Positions 26,985 to 37,212 of a stretch of 64,000 nt of DNA are shown here, in pieces (position 1 is the first letter of the stretch; every line of letters starts with the position of its first letter). The DNA comes from an uncultured Gemmatimonadales bacterium. GTDB lineage: Bacteria > Gemmatimonadota > Gemmatimonadetes > Longimicrobiales > RSA9. A model generated the notes under the pieces. The model saw nothing but the letters and a program-made list of their open reading frames with translations, was not told the origin of the DNA and made no database searches. The stretch lies in the NCBI GenBank assembly GCA_963798845.1, contig CAWCUS010000002.1, positions 10,073 through 74,072 of the forward strand, given 5' to 3'. Position numbers and translations under genes: made by a program.

Positions 26985-28133
26985 TCAGTCGCGGAAGAGC
27001 CACTGAAGGGCCGGGCCGAGGCGCCTGGCCCACGCGGACTCGTGGTGGATGGCGCCCGGCACCACGGCCACGCGGATCCGTCGGGCGGGAACGCCGGCCG
27101 CGGCGAGGGCTCTCGCGACCGCCGAGGTTCCCTCCACGTACGCCCGCGGGTACGTGAGCCTCGCGCCGCTCTTGTCCAGCACGTCCGGATCGGTGTCGCG
27201 GCTGCGCTCCGCAGTGCCCACGTCCAGGTAGAAGCGGGACGCGGACAGCGGACGGCGCACCCGTGCTCGTCCGTCGTCGTCATCGGCCCCGCCGGCATCG
27301 CGGATGGCGGCCAGCAGGCGATTGCCCGAAAGCCACGGACCGCCCGCCTCCGCGAACCACACGGCGCTGGACATGGCCAGCACGCGGGAGAACACATCTG
27401 GGCGGGTGACGCCCGCGTACAGGGCGATGAGGCCGCCCATGCTGGAGCCACCGATGCCGGTGTCCTCCGGCCCGGGCCGGGTGCGGTAGCGGCGGTCGAT
27501 CTCGGGCTTCAGCGTGCCGACCAGGAAGTCGACGTATGCGCCGCCCTCGCCGCCCTCCGTGGGTCGCGCCCAGGAAAGGTCCACCCAGTCCGCCATGTGG
27601 GTGTTGGGCCACGGGCCGTATTCGTCCCAGCGAGCCGGGCCGTTGTCCACTCCGACCATGATGAGCCCCGGGAACACGCCCGCGGCCACCAGGCTGTCCA
27701 CCGTCTCATCCGCGCGCCAGTCCCCGTACGGGCCCGCCGAGAAGAGGCTCTGCGCATCCTGAAGGTAGAGGACCGGGTAGTCGCCACCGGCGTCGTCGTA
27801 GCCCGGGGGGAGGTAGACCCGGACCGTACGCTCGCGCCCGCCGAGCGTGGACATGAGCACCGTGAAGGAATCCACCCGGCCCGGGGAAACGGGGGCGGAT
27901 CGGTGAGCAGAGGCCGCCGCGCGTTGTTGGCCCTGCGCCTGCCAGCCGGCGGCGGTCGCTTCGCTGCGGGTGGTCCCGCAGCCCGCGAGCGCCGAGAGGA
28001 CGAGGAGCGTCAGCGCCCGGAGAACGTCCCTGGCAGGCGGAGGCGCCGAGCGGGTGTGGTCGGCGCCGCGCGGGTGACCGGTGCCGAAGCCCGCTGGGGA
28101 GCCGGCGGGCGAGCGTCGCAGGCGGAGTCGCAT
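26985..28133 (-). CDS. Esterase family alpha/beta hydrolase (putative lipoprotein)
   Basis: VYLPPGYDDAGGDYPVLYLQDAQ and GGSSMGGLIALYAG (GxSxG). The Met at 28133 gives MRLRLRR...LSALAGC. The track ORF opens at 28181. Confidence 0.75.
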   Translation of the reverse strand: MRLRLRRSPAGSPAGFGTGHPRGADHTRSAPPPARDVLRALTLLVLSALAGCGTTRSEATAAGWQAQGQQRAAASAHRSAPVSPGRVDSFTVLMSTLGGRERTVRVYLPPGYDDAGGDYPVLYLQDAQSLFSAGPYGDWRADETVDSLVAAGVFPGLIMVGVDNGPARWDEYGPWPNTHMADWVDLSWARPTEGGEGGAYVDFLVGTLKPEIDRRYRTRPGPEDTGIGGSSMGGLIALYAGVTRPDVFSRVLAMSSAVWFAEAGGPWLSGNRLLAAIRDAGGADDDDGRARVRRPLSASRFYLDVGTAERSRDTDPDVLDKSGARLTYPRAYVEGTSAVARALAAAGVPARRIRVAVVPGAIHHESAWARRLGPALQWLFRD

Positions 28134-28208
28134 GGTGCGACGGTACGGGTCCGGAACGTCGGGATCAAGACGACACCGCAAAGGACGACGACGACCAGAG
28201 GAAGTGAC

Positions 28209-28724
28209 TTACGGTCCCCACTCCAGGACTTCGACCCGGACCCGCGCGTGACCGGCCCGGTGAATGCCGAGCGCCTTCGCCGCCGCGGACGACAGATCGA
28301 GGATCGGGGTGAAGCTGCCGTGGCTTCCGTACGGGCCACGATCGATCACCGTCACCTCGATCTCCCGCTGATTCCGCAGGTTCGTGACCCGCAGACGGGT
28401 GCCGAACGGGAACGCCCGATGCGCCGCCACCATGTCGCCCTGCGAGAACGCCCGCCCGCTGGCGGTCCGCTTGCCCTCGAACGTGTCGGCGTAGAACGTC
28501 GCCTGACCTTCCTCCACCTTCAGCGCGGAGCGGTCAACGGCCTTCGCCACCCGCCGGCTCGGCGCGGCGGGGAGGATGGAGGCCGCCTCCGGCGGCTCGA
28601 ACGACTGCAGCTCCTCGGCGGGCGGCCGGTCCGGAGTGTCCTCGGGCGGGCCACACGCCGACAGGGCCACCACGGCGGCGAGGCCGGTGGCGCTCAGGAG
28701 CGGGCGGAGATCGGTGAAGCGCAT
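28209..28724 (-). CDS. rlpA: Septal-ring lytic transglycosylase RlpA family lipoprotein (DPBB domain)
   Basis: Met at 28724, lipobox LSACG. GQATFYADTFEGKRTASGRAF, AAHRAFPFGTRLRVTNLRNQREIEVTVIDRGPY. Confidence 0.8.
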   Translation of the reverse strand: MRFTDLRPLLSATGLAAVVALSACGPPEDTPDRPPAEELQSFEPPEAASILPAAPSRRVAKAVDRSALKVEEGQATFYADTFEGKRTASGRAFSQGDMVAAHRAFPFGTRLRVTNLRNQREIEVTVIDRGPYGSHGSFTPILDLSSAAAKALGIHRAGHARVRVEVLEWGP

Positions 28725-28933
28725 CGTATTCCCTTTACTGGTGAATCGCTCACTACTTCCTGGACCGCAAGGACCGTTCGAACGTCCGCCCACGTTCCTG
28801 CTGCGACGGCGGCAGGAGACCGCTGCACGGCGCGTCCTGTTCGACGCGCAGGCCGTGCACAGGAATCTGAAGCTGACGGCCCTGCGCGGACGTATGTTCT
28901 CCTGGGTCGACTCGACAAGAACGGGAGAGACGC

Positions 28934-29281
28934 ATGCGCAGACACGTCAAGATCCTCGGCTGGCTCCAGATCGGACTCGGCATCCTCGACCTCCTCATGG
29001 GCCTCGCCGCGTTCGGCCTGCTCACCGGAATCGGCGTGCTCTCGGGCGACGCCCACGCGTTCGGGGCGATGGCGCTCATCGGGAGCTTCGCCGGCGTCCT
29101 CATGCTCGTCATGTCGGTGCCCAACTTCCTCGTGGGGCTTGGCCTGCTGCGGAACTGGGGCGGCTGGGTGATCGTCCTGGCGGTCCTGCTCGGGGTCTTC
29201 AACCTCCTCAAGTTCCCCTTGGGCACCGCGATCGCCATCTACACGTTCTGGATCGCGTACCGCCTCTCGAAAGGGGATTGA
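28934..29281 (+). CDS. Small hypothetical membrane protein (3-4 TM)
   Basis: 115 aa with GGGAGAG before the ATG. Almost entirely hydrophobic helices. Confidence 0.5.
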   Translation: MRRHVKILGWLQIGLGILDLLMGLAAFGLLTGIGVLSGDAHAFGAMALIGSFAGVLMLVMSVPNFLVGLGLLRNWGGWVIVLAVLLGVFNLLKFPLGTAIAIYTFWIAYRLSKGD

Positions 29282-29420
29282 GCCCTCGACTACCCGAGTG
29301 GGCGCCGGCGCCGCGCGCCGCGGCCGCTCTCGGACATCATCCTCCCGAAGTCCGTCCGTCCGTTCCCTACCGCCGCCCGAATCTTGCAACGATGGGCGTC
29401 TGCCGCGTAGGCTTTCTGTC

Positions 29421-29440
29421 TGACAAATATTTCTTGACAA
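29421..29440 (+). promoter_or_regulatory. AT-rich island with direct repeat TGACAA-N8-TGACAA just upstream of glgE
   Basis: TGACAAatatttctTGACAA ends 17 nt before the glgE ATG. It is one of the few AT-rich patches in the window. Confidence 0.3.
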
Positions 29441-29456
29441 TGACCAGTGGAGCGTG

Positions 29457-31524
29457 ATGGCCCGAGCGAAGAACGTTTTTCCGACGAACGCCCGCAGCCG
29501 CGTGATCATCGAGGCGGTCGAGCCGGAAGTGGATGGGGGGCGGTTCCCCGCGAAGGGGACGCCCGGGACGGTGTCTGTGGAGTGCGACGCGTATGCGGAC
29601 GGACACGATGCCATAGCGGTGGCGCTGCTCTACCGGAAAGAGGGCAAGCGACAGTGGCAGGAGGTCCCTATGTCGCTGGCGTACAACGACCGCTGGCGGG
29701 GGTGGTTCCGTGCGGAGGAGGTGGGGCGTTGGGAGTACACGGTGGAAGCGTGGCCGGACCCGTGGTCGACGTGGGAGCGCGGGATGCGGAAGTGGCTGGA
29801 AGCGGATGTGGACGTGGAAACGCACCTGTTGGTGGGGGCGCAACATTCTGGCGGCGGCGGCGGCACGGGCGGGGAGCGGATGGCCGGAGGACGCGGAGCG
29901 GCTGTCGGCGCTGGCGAGCCGCCTGACGGAGGCGGACGAGCCCGCGGAGACGCGTGCGGCGGCGGCGTTCACGGAGGAGGTCGCGGAGCTCATGCGCAAG
30001 CACGCGGACCGTTCCGCCGCGACGCGCTACTCGCGGGTGCTGCGCCTGGTCGTGGACCCGGAGCTGGCGCGCTTCAGCGCCTGGTACGAGCTGTTCCCCC
30101 GATCTCTGGGCCCGGCGGGGGAGCACGGGACGCTCAGGGACGTGGAGGCTCACCTGGCGCACGTGGCCGAGCTGGGGTTCGACGTGCTCTACCTGCCGCC
30201 GATCCACCCGATCGGTAGAACGCACCGGAAGGGGAAGAACAACACGCCGGACGCGGCGCGGGATGCCGTGGGCTCGCCCTGGGCGATCGGGTCGGAAGAG
30301 GGCGGCCACAGGTCGATCCACCCGTCGCTCGGCACGCTGGGGGAGCTGAAGCGGCTGGTGAAGCGGGCGAGGGAGGAGCACGGGATCGAAGTGGCGCTGG
30401 ACATCGCGTTCCAGGCATTGCCCGACCACCCATGGGTGAAGGAGCACCCGTCGTGGTTCAGGCACCGGCCGGACGGGAGCATCGCCCACGCGGAGAACCC
30501 GCCGAAGAAGTACGAGGACATCTACCCGCTGGACCTCGAGACGGAGGATTGGCAGGGGCTGTGGGGTGAGCTGGAGGGCGTGTTCCGGTACTGGAGGGAG
30601 AAGGCGGGGGTGCGTGTGTTCCGGGTGGACAACCCGCACACGAAGAGCCTGCGGTTCTGGGAGTGGTGCATCGGGCGACTGAAGGCGGAATACCCCGACC
30701 TGGTGCTCCTCTCGGAAGCATTCACGCGGCCGAAGGTGATGTATCGCCTGGCGAAGCTCGGCTTCACGCAGAGCTACACGTACTTCGCCTGGCGCAGGGC
30801 GAAATGGGAGATCGAGGAGTATTTCAGGGAGCTCTCGAGCCCGCCCGTAGTGGATTTCTTCAGGCCGAACGCGTGGCCGAACACGCCGGACATCCTCACG
30901 GACCAGTTGCAGACGGGGGAGAAGGCGATGTACCTCCAGCGGCTGGTGCTGGCGGCCACGCTGTCCGCGAGCTACGGGATCTACGGCCCGGCGTTCGAGC
31001 TGCTGGAGGGGCGGCCGCGGGAGGCGGGGAAGGAGGAATACCTGGACAGCGAAAAGTACCAGATCCGGGACTGGGACTACGCGGGGGAATCGCTGAAGGA
31101 GTACATCCGCCGGATCAATCGGATCCGCCGCGAGAACCCGGCGCTCCAGCACAACCGGTCGCTGCGCTTCCACGGGGCCGACAACGACCAGGTCCTGGCG
31201 TTCAGCAAGTGGAGCCACAGCGACGGCACGCCGTTCCGCTACCGCTACCTGGAGGAGAAGCCTGGAGATGGCGGCAACCTGATCCTGGTCGTGGTGAATC
31301 TGGACCCGTGGCACACGCAGCCTTCCATGGTCCACCTCCCCCTCGACGACTGGGGGATCGGCAGCGACGAGAGCTTCGAGGTCCACGACCTGATGAGCGA
31401 CGCGCGTTACGTCTGGCGCGGGGGGGACAACTACGTGGAGCTGAATCCCTACGTCTTCCCGGCGCACATCTTCCGGGTCACCCGAAGCGGGTCCCGCGAC
31501 GAACACGGGCGGGACGAGTTCTGA
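29457..31524 (+). CDS. glgE: Alpha-1,4-glucan:maltose-1-phosphate maltosyltransferase GlgE, interrupted by a 1-nt frameshift at a G5 run (29834-29838)
   Basis: The N-terminal domain is in the frame of ORF 29454-30218 (RSRVIIEAVEPEVDGGRFPAKG). The rest is in the frame of ORF 29710-31524 (PPIHPIGRTHRKGKNN, VALDIAFQALPDHPW, FRVDNPHTK, LLSEAFTRP, FFRPNAWPNTPDIL). The frames swap at GTGGGGGCG. Confidence 0.85.
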
Positions 31525-31696
31525 CGAGCATTCGACGAACGCTCGCTGCGCTCGCCTCCGAACGGCCCGGTCGGCCGCTCCGCGGCCTCCGGGCTGCCGC
31601 GCGGCGCGCGGATTCGAGGCGTCGCCGGGAGGCAGCGCAGCGACCGCAGGGCCAACGAACGACGAAAGCACGGACAACCACGCGACCACGGACGAG

Positions 31697-34600
31697 ATGC
31701 CCGCCAAGCCGAAGACCCCGAAAGCTCCTTTGAAGCCCGATGTTGCCCCGGACGATCCGTTCTGGTACAAGGACGCGATCATCTACGAAGTGCACGTGCG
31801 GGCGTTCTTCGACACGAATGGCGACGGAATCGGCGACTTCCGGGGTCTGACGGAAAAGCTGGATTATCTGGAGGACCTGGGGGTGACGGCGCTCTGGCTG
31901 TTGCCGTTCTACCCGTCGCCGTGGTTCGATGACGGCTACGACATTGCGGACTACACGGACGTACACGGTGCGTACGGCACGGTCGGGGATTTCCGGCGGT
32001 TCCTGAAGGAGGCGCACAAGCGGGGGATCCGGGTGATCACGGAGCTGGTGATCAACCACACATCGGACCAGCACCCGTGGTTCCAGCGGGCGAGGCGGTC
32101 GAAGAAGGGATCGAGCCACCGAAACTTCTACGTGTGGAGCGACTCGCCCGAGAAGTACAGGGACGCGCGGATCATCTTTCAGGATTTCGAGGCGAGCAAC
32201 TGGAGCTGGGACCCGATCGCGGACCAGTACTACTGGCACCGCTTCTACGCCAAGCAGCCGGACCTGAACTACGACAACCCGGCCGTGCACCGGGAGGTGT
32301 TCAGGGCCATGGACTTCTGGTGGAAGATGGGGGTGGACGGGATGCGGCTGGACGCCATCCCGTACCTGTACGAGCGGGAAGGGACGAACTGCGAGAACCT
32401 GCCCGAGAGTCACCAGCTCCTGAAGTCGCTGCGCGCGCGCATCGAGGAGCGCTACGGCAACCGGATGCTGCTGGCGGAAGCGAACCAGTGGCCGGAAGAC
32501 GCCGTGGAGTACTTCGGCGACGGCGACGAGTGCCACATGTCGTTCCATTTCCCCGTCATGCCGCGGCTGTTCATGTCTGTCCAGATGGAGGATCGATTCC
32601 CGATCCTGGACATCCTGGACCAGACGCCAGCGATCCCGGACAACGCGCAGTGGGCTGTGTTTCTGCGCAACCACGACGAGCTGACGCTGGAGATGGTGAC
32701 GGACGAGGAGCGCGACTACATGTACCGGATGTACGCCCAGGACCCGCAGATGCGGATCAACCTGGGGATCCGGCGCCGCCTCGCCCCGCTGCTCGGGAAC
32801 AACCGTCGCAAGTTCGAGCTGCTGAACGGGCTGCTCATGTCGCTGCCCGGCACGCCGGTGCTGTACTACGGCGATGAGATCGGGATGGGCGACAACGTCT
32901 ACCTGGGCGATCGGAACGGCGTGCGGACACCGATGCAGTGGAGCGGCGATCGCAACGCAGGCTTCAGCCGTGCCAACCCCCAGAAGCTGTACCTGCCGGT
33001 GATCACCGATCCGGAGTACCACTTCGAGGCGGTGAACGTGGAAGCGCAGCAGAACAACCCCAGCTCGCTGCTCTGGTGGATGCGCCGGCTGATCGCGCTG
33101 CGGAAGCGGTTCAAGGCGTTCAGTCGGGGGAGGATCGAGTTCCTGCAGCCGGAGAACCGGAAGGTGCTGGTGTTCGTCCGGCACTTCGAGGATGAACACG
33201 TCCTCGTGGTGGCGAACCTGTCGCGCTTCACGCAGGCGGTGGAGCTGGACCTCTCGGAGCACGAAGGGCGTGTGCCGGTGGAGCTGTTCGGGCACACCGG
33301 GTTCCCCCGCATCGGAGAGCTGCCGTACTTCCTGACCCTGGGGCCGCACACGTTCTACTGGTTCCAGCTGACGCCGGAACGGAGCGGCGAGCAGCCGAGC
33401 GAGGAGCTGGGGCTGCGCCCCGATTGGCCAGTGCTCGCGCCCGCGGATGGGGACTGGCGCTCGCTGGTGGCGGGCGACGAGCGGGAAGCGCTGGAGCAGG
33501 TGCTCCCGGCGTATCTACGCCCCCGTCGCTGGTTCGGCGGGAAGGCCAGGAAGATCCGGAGCGCCGAGGTGGTGGAGGCGCTGGATGCCAGCAACCACGA
33601 GCTGACCGCGTACCTGCTGCTGGTCCGCGTCAACTACATGCAGGGGGACGCGGAGACCTACGTGCTCCCGGTTGCGCGGGCGGAAGGGCGGGGCGCCACC
33701 AGGCTGGAGAAGGAGCATTCGCACTCGGTGATCGCGCGGCTGGCCGGCACCGCGGGGAAAGACGGCGGAGTTCACCACGCGGTGCTGTTCGACGCCACGG
33801 CGGAGCCGGCGTTCGCGCAGGAGCTGCTGCGCGTGATGGCCACGCGGCGGAAGCTGCGTGGCGAGAAGGGCGAGGTGGTGGGCGCGCTGGTGAAGGAGTT
33901 CCGGGACCGGCGTCGGTCGGATCCGGAGTCGCTGAAGCCGCAGCTGATGAAAGTGGAGCAGAGCAACACCTCGCTCATGTACGGGTCGGAGCTGTTCCTG
34001 AAGCTGTTCCGGAAGGTGGATCCCGGCGTGAACCCGGATCTCGAGATCGCGCAGCAGCTGGTGCGGAAGGGGTTTGTGCACACCCCCCCGGTGGTGGGGG
34101 AGCTGTCGTACGTGCAGGGGAAAGCGTCTTCGACCGTGGCCGTGCTGAAGCGCTACGTGGCCAACGAGGGGGACGCGTGGTCGTACACGCTCGATGCTCT
34201 CAGCGGCTTCTTCGAGCGGGCGCGCAGCACCGAAGCGAAGCCGGAGCGGCTGGCGCTGGACGTGGACGGGATGCTGGAGCGCGCTGCCGCGGAAGAGCCG
34301 CCGGAGCTGGCCAAGATGCTCATGGGCTCGTACCTGGAATCGGCCAGGACGATCGGCAACCGTACGGCCGAGATGCATCGAGCGCTGGCCGAGGGGATCG
34401 ACCGCAAGGAGTTCGCGCCCGAGCCGTTCAGCGCGCTGTACCAGAGGTCGCTCTACCAGTCGATGCGCAACCTGACGGGGCGGACCCTGCAGACGCTCGA
34501 ACGCGAGGTCCGGGCACTTCCGGAGTCGGTCAGGAGCGACGCCGCTTCGGTCCTGGAGCGCCGGGGCGAGATCCTGACGCGCATGGGGGCGCTGGTGGGC

Positions 34601-35101
34601 GAGAAGATGGAGGCGCAGAGGATCCGGACCCACGGCGACTATCACCTCGGGCAGGTCCTCTACACCGGTCGCGACTTCATCATCATCGACTTCGAGGGCG
34701 AGCCCGCGCGACCGCTCACGGAGAGGCGGCTGAAGCGGTCACCGCTTTCCGACGTGGCCGGGATGCTCCGCTCGTTCCACTACGCCGCGTACACGGCGCT
34801 GGCGGACGACGAGGCCCGTGGCGCGGCGCGGGCGGGGGACCGGAAGAAGGCGGAACGGTGGGTGCGATTCTGGGCCGGCTGGGCGAGCGCGGCGTTCCTC
34901 CGAGCCTATCTGCGGGAGGCGAGATCCGGCGAGAACGGGGCGCCGTTCCTCCCCACGCGGAAGGACCAGCTGCGCACGCTCCTGGAGGCGCACCTGCTGG
35001 AGAAAGCGGTGTACGAGCTGGGCTACGAGCTGAACAACCGGCCCGACTGGGCGCGGGTCCCGATCCTCGGAATCCGGCAGCTGCTGAACGGAAAGGCGTA
35101 A
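31697..35101 (+). CDS. treS: Trehalose synthase (maltose alpha-D-glucosyltransferase) fused to maltokinase (TreS-Pep2)
   Basis: 1134 aa. GH13 blocks DGIGDFRGL, ELVINHTSDQHPWF, GMRLDAIPYLYERE, LLAEANQWPED and FLRNHDELTLEMV. C-terminal kinase block HGDYHLGQVLYTGRDFIIIDFEGEP. Confidence 0.9.
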   Translation: MPAKPKTPKAPLKPDVAPDDPFWYKDAIIYEVHVRAFFDTNGDGIGDFRGLTEKLDYLEDLGVTALWLLPFYPSPWFDDGYDIADYTDVHGAYGTVGDFRRFLKEAHKRGIRVITELVINHTSDQHPWFQRARRSKKGSSHRNFYVWSDSPEKYRDARIIFQDFEASNWSWDPIADQYYWHRFYAKQPDLNYDNPAVHREVFRAMDFWWKMGVDGMRLDAIPYLYEREGTNCENLPESHQLLKSLRARIEERYGNRMLLAEANQWPEDAVEYFGDGDECHMSFHFPVMPRLFMSVQMEDRFPILDILDQTPAIPDNAQWAVFLRNHDELTLEMVTDEERDYMYRMYAQDPQMRINLGIRRRLAPLLGNNRRKFELLNGLLMSLPGTPVLYYGDEIGMGDNVYLGDRNGVRTPMQWSGDRNAGFSRANPQKLYLPVITDPEYHFEAVNVEAQQNNPSSLLWWMRRLIALRKRFKAFSRGRIEFLQPENRKVLVFVRHFEDEHVLVVANLSRFTQAVELDLSEHEGRVPVELFGHTGFPRIGELPYFLTLGPHTFYWFQLTPERSGEQPSEELGLRPDWPVLAPADGDWRSLVAGDEREALEQVLPAYLRPRRWFGGKARKIRSAEVVEALDASNHELTAYLLLVRVNYMQGDAETYVLPVARAEGRGATRLEKEHSHSVIARLAGTAGKDGGVHHAVLFDATAEPAFAQELLRVMATRRKLRGEKGEVVGALVKEFRDRRRSDPESLKPQLMKVEQSNTSLMYGSELFLKLFRKVDPGVNPDLEIAQQLVRKGFVHTPPVVGELSYVQGKASSTVAVLKRYVANEGDAWSYTLDALSGFFERARSTEAKPERLALDVDGMLERAAAEEPPELAKMLMGSYLESARTIGNRTAEMHRALAEGIDRKEFAPEPFSALYQRSLYQSMRNLTGRTLQTLEREVRALPESVRSDAASVLERRGEILTRMGALVGEKMEAQRIRTHGDYHLGQVLYTGRDFIIIDFEGEPARPLTERRLKRSPLSDVAGMLRSFHYAAYTALADDEARGAARAGDRKKAERWVRFWAGWASAAFLRAYLREARSGENGAPFLPTRKDQLRTLLEAHLLEKAVYELGYELNNRPDWARVPILGIRQLLNGKA

Positions 35102-37212
35102 TGGCGGCCCTGAAGGGATTGTACGCCCTGGCGCGGCTGCACGGCATCCAGACCGCCTACCGGGAAAATGGCGGCCGGCGAGTCGGCGCCTCACCGGAGT
35201 CTCTGCTCGCCGCACTGGCCGCACTGCGGGTCCCCGTCCGCGACGCGGCGGATGTCGCGCGCCTCCTGCGACACGGGGAGCGCATGCGCTGGGAGCGGGC
35301 CCTCGAGCCCGTGGCCGTGGCGTGGGAGGAGCGCGCCTCCTCCTTCGGTGTCCGGCTGCGGGGCTCATCCGGCGTCCGGCTGCACGTCACCGTCGCGCTC
35401 GAGGGCGGGGGTGAGCGGTCGTGGTCGGCGGAAGCGGCGACGCTGGACGTTCTCGACTCCGCGGTGGTCGATGGGGTCGCCTTCACCCGCATCCGGGTCG
35501 GTCTTCCCGACCTCCCGTATGGCTACCACGACCTGCACGTTGAAGTGCGAGATCCGACGCGTCCGCCCGCGCGGCATCGGGCGCTGCTGATCTCGGCGCC
35601 CATGAGGGCCGCGGGTTGGGAGTCGCTGGGCGAGCGGCGCGCCTGGGGCGTCTTCGCTCCGCTGTACGCGCTGTGGGAAACGGCCGGGCCACCGTCGTTC
35701 TCGCTCCTGGATCGGCTGGCAGAGGAGGTGGCGCGGCTGGGCGGCTCGGTGGTGGGCACGCTGCCGCTGCTCGCCGCGTTCCTGGACCGGCCGTACGAGC
35801 CGAGCCCGTACTCGCCTGTGAGCCGACTCTTCTGGAACGAGGTGTACGCGACGGCTGAGGGGGAGGGCGCCGCCGCCGCCCCGGTATCCGCCTCGCCATC
35901 GGCGACCGGGGGCGGGGCCGATGAGCCCGCGATGTCCGGCACCGGAAGCGCGGCAGGCGCCGGACGCCCGGGCAGTTTCGACCCCCGCGCCGCGCTGGCG
36001 AGGAAGCGGCCGGCGGTGGAGCGGCTCGCCAACCGGCTGTTCGCGGCGGCAGACGGGTGGCCGGCGGAGCTGGCGTCGTTCCGGGCGAGGAACCCGGCGG
36101 TGGAGGACTACGCGCGCTTCCGTGCGCTGACGGAGCAGCGGGGTCCGTGGCGCAGGTGGCCCGATCGGATGCGGGCGAGGGATGTCCGGGCGGGCGACTA
36201 CCCGGAGCAGGCGGCGCGCTACCATGCGTGCGCGCAGTGGCTGGCGGAGCGCCAGCTCGCGGAGGCACGAGAATCCGCAGAGGCCCGGGGAGTCTCGCTG
36301 TACCTCGACCTCCCGCTCGGCGTCCACCCCGACGGCTACGACGTCTGGCGTCACCGCGCGGTCTTCGCCACGGGCGCCGCCGCGGGCGCACCGCCGGACC
36401 CCCTGGCCGCGGGAGGCCAGAACTGGGGATTCCCGCCGCTGCACCCGGAAGCGAGCCGGCTGGACGGGCACGCGTATTTCATCGCTTCGATCCGGAAACA
36501 CCTCCGCTTCGCCCGCGTGCTGAGGATCGACCACGTGATGCAGCTCCACCGGATGTTCTGGGTGCCGGACGGGGTGGACGCGGCGCGCGGCGTGTACGTG
36601 CGCTACCCCGCCGAGGAGCTGTACGCGATTCTCTGTCTCGAGTCGCACCGGGCGGGGACGGTGATCGTGGGTGAGGACCTGGGGACCGTGCCGCAGGAGG
36701 TACGGCGGGCCATGCGCCGGCATGGCCTGCCGGGGATGTGGGTCGCGGAGTTCGAGATGACCGAGACGGAGAAAGGGGCGCTCGAGCCGAGCAGGGTCCC
36801 CGCGCGGGTCCTGGCATTGGTGGACACGCACGACACCCCGACGTTCGGCGGGTGGTGGTCGGGGCGTGACGCGGAGATCCGGCGCGACGCGGGGCTGATG
36901 TCGGCGGAGGACGCGGCGGTGGAAGTGGCGGGACGGGCGGAGCTGCGCCGGAAGCTGGCGCGGGGAGCAGGCGTGTCGGGGGCCGGAGAAGTCCACGCGG
37001 AGCTGCTGCGCCGGATGGGACGCTCGTCGGCCGGATTGGTCCTTGCGACAATGGAGGATCTCTGGCAGGAGACGGAGCCGCAGAACGTGCCGGGCACCAC
37101 GCTGGAGTCGAACTGGTCGCGGCGGTCGCGTCGTCCGCTCCGGGCGCTGCGCGACCCGGTGGTGTCAGAGCAGCTGAGAGGGTTGAACCAGGCGAGAGAA
37201 GGCAACGGATGA
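35101..37212 (+). CDS. malQ: 4-alpha-glucanotransferase (GH77, MalQ) with a long N-terminal extension
   Basis: The ATG at 35101 overlaps the treS stop (TAATG). [38 protein letters not shown] and DTHDTPT. Confidence 0.85.
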   Translation: MAALKGLYALARLHGIQTAYRENGGRRVGASPESLLAALAALRVPVRDAADVARLLRHGERMRWERALEPVAVAWEERASSFGVRLRGSSGVRLHVTVALEGGGERSWSAEAATLDVLDSAVVDGVAFTRIRVGLPDLPYGYHDLHVEVRDPTRPPARHRALLISAPMRAAGWESLGERRAWGVFAPLYALWETAGPPSFSLLDRLAEEVARLGGSVVGTLPLLAAFLDRPYEPSPYSPVSRLFWNEVYATAEGEGAAAAPVSASPSATGGGADEPAMSGTGSAAGAGRPGSFDPRAALARKRPAVERLANRLFAAADGWPAELASFRARNPAVEDYARFRALTEQRGPWRRWPDRMRARDVRAGDYPEQAARYHACAQWLAERQLAEARESAEARGVSLYLDLPLGVHPDGYDVWRHRAVFATGAAAGAPPDPLAAGGQNWGFPPLHPEASRLDGHAYFIASIRKHLRFARVLRIDHVMQLHRMFWVPDGVDAARGVYVRYPAEELYAILCLESHRAGTVIVGEDLGTVPQEVRRAMRRHGLPGMWVAEFEMTETEKGALEPSRVPARVLALVDTHDTPTFGGWWSGRDAEIRRDAGLMSAEDAAVEVAGRAELRRKLARGAGVSGAGEVHAELLRRMGRSSAGLVLATMEDLWQETEPQNVPGTTLESNWSRRSRRPLRALRDPVVSEQLRGLNQAREGNG

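Noticed and set aside
29434-29439. Perfect TTGACA as the glgE -35 element
   Set aside because: It lies only ~17 nt from the start codon, and no -10 element exists at the proper spacing. It was kept only as part of a direct-repeat motif.
33424-35100. N-terminal 559 codons of the 1262-aa ORF 33424-37212
   Set aside because: This part is out of frame over treS-pep2 and Arg/Gly-rich. The real MalQ starts at ATG 35101, overlapping the treS stop.
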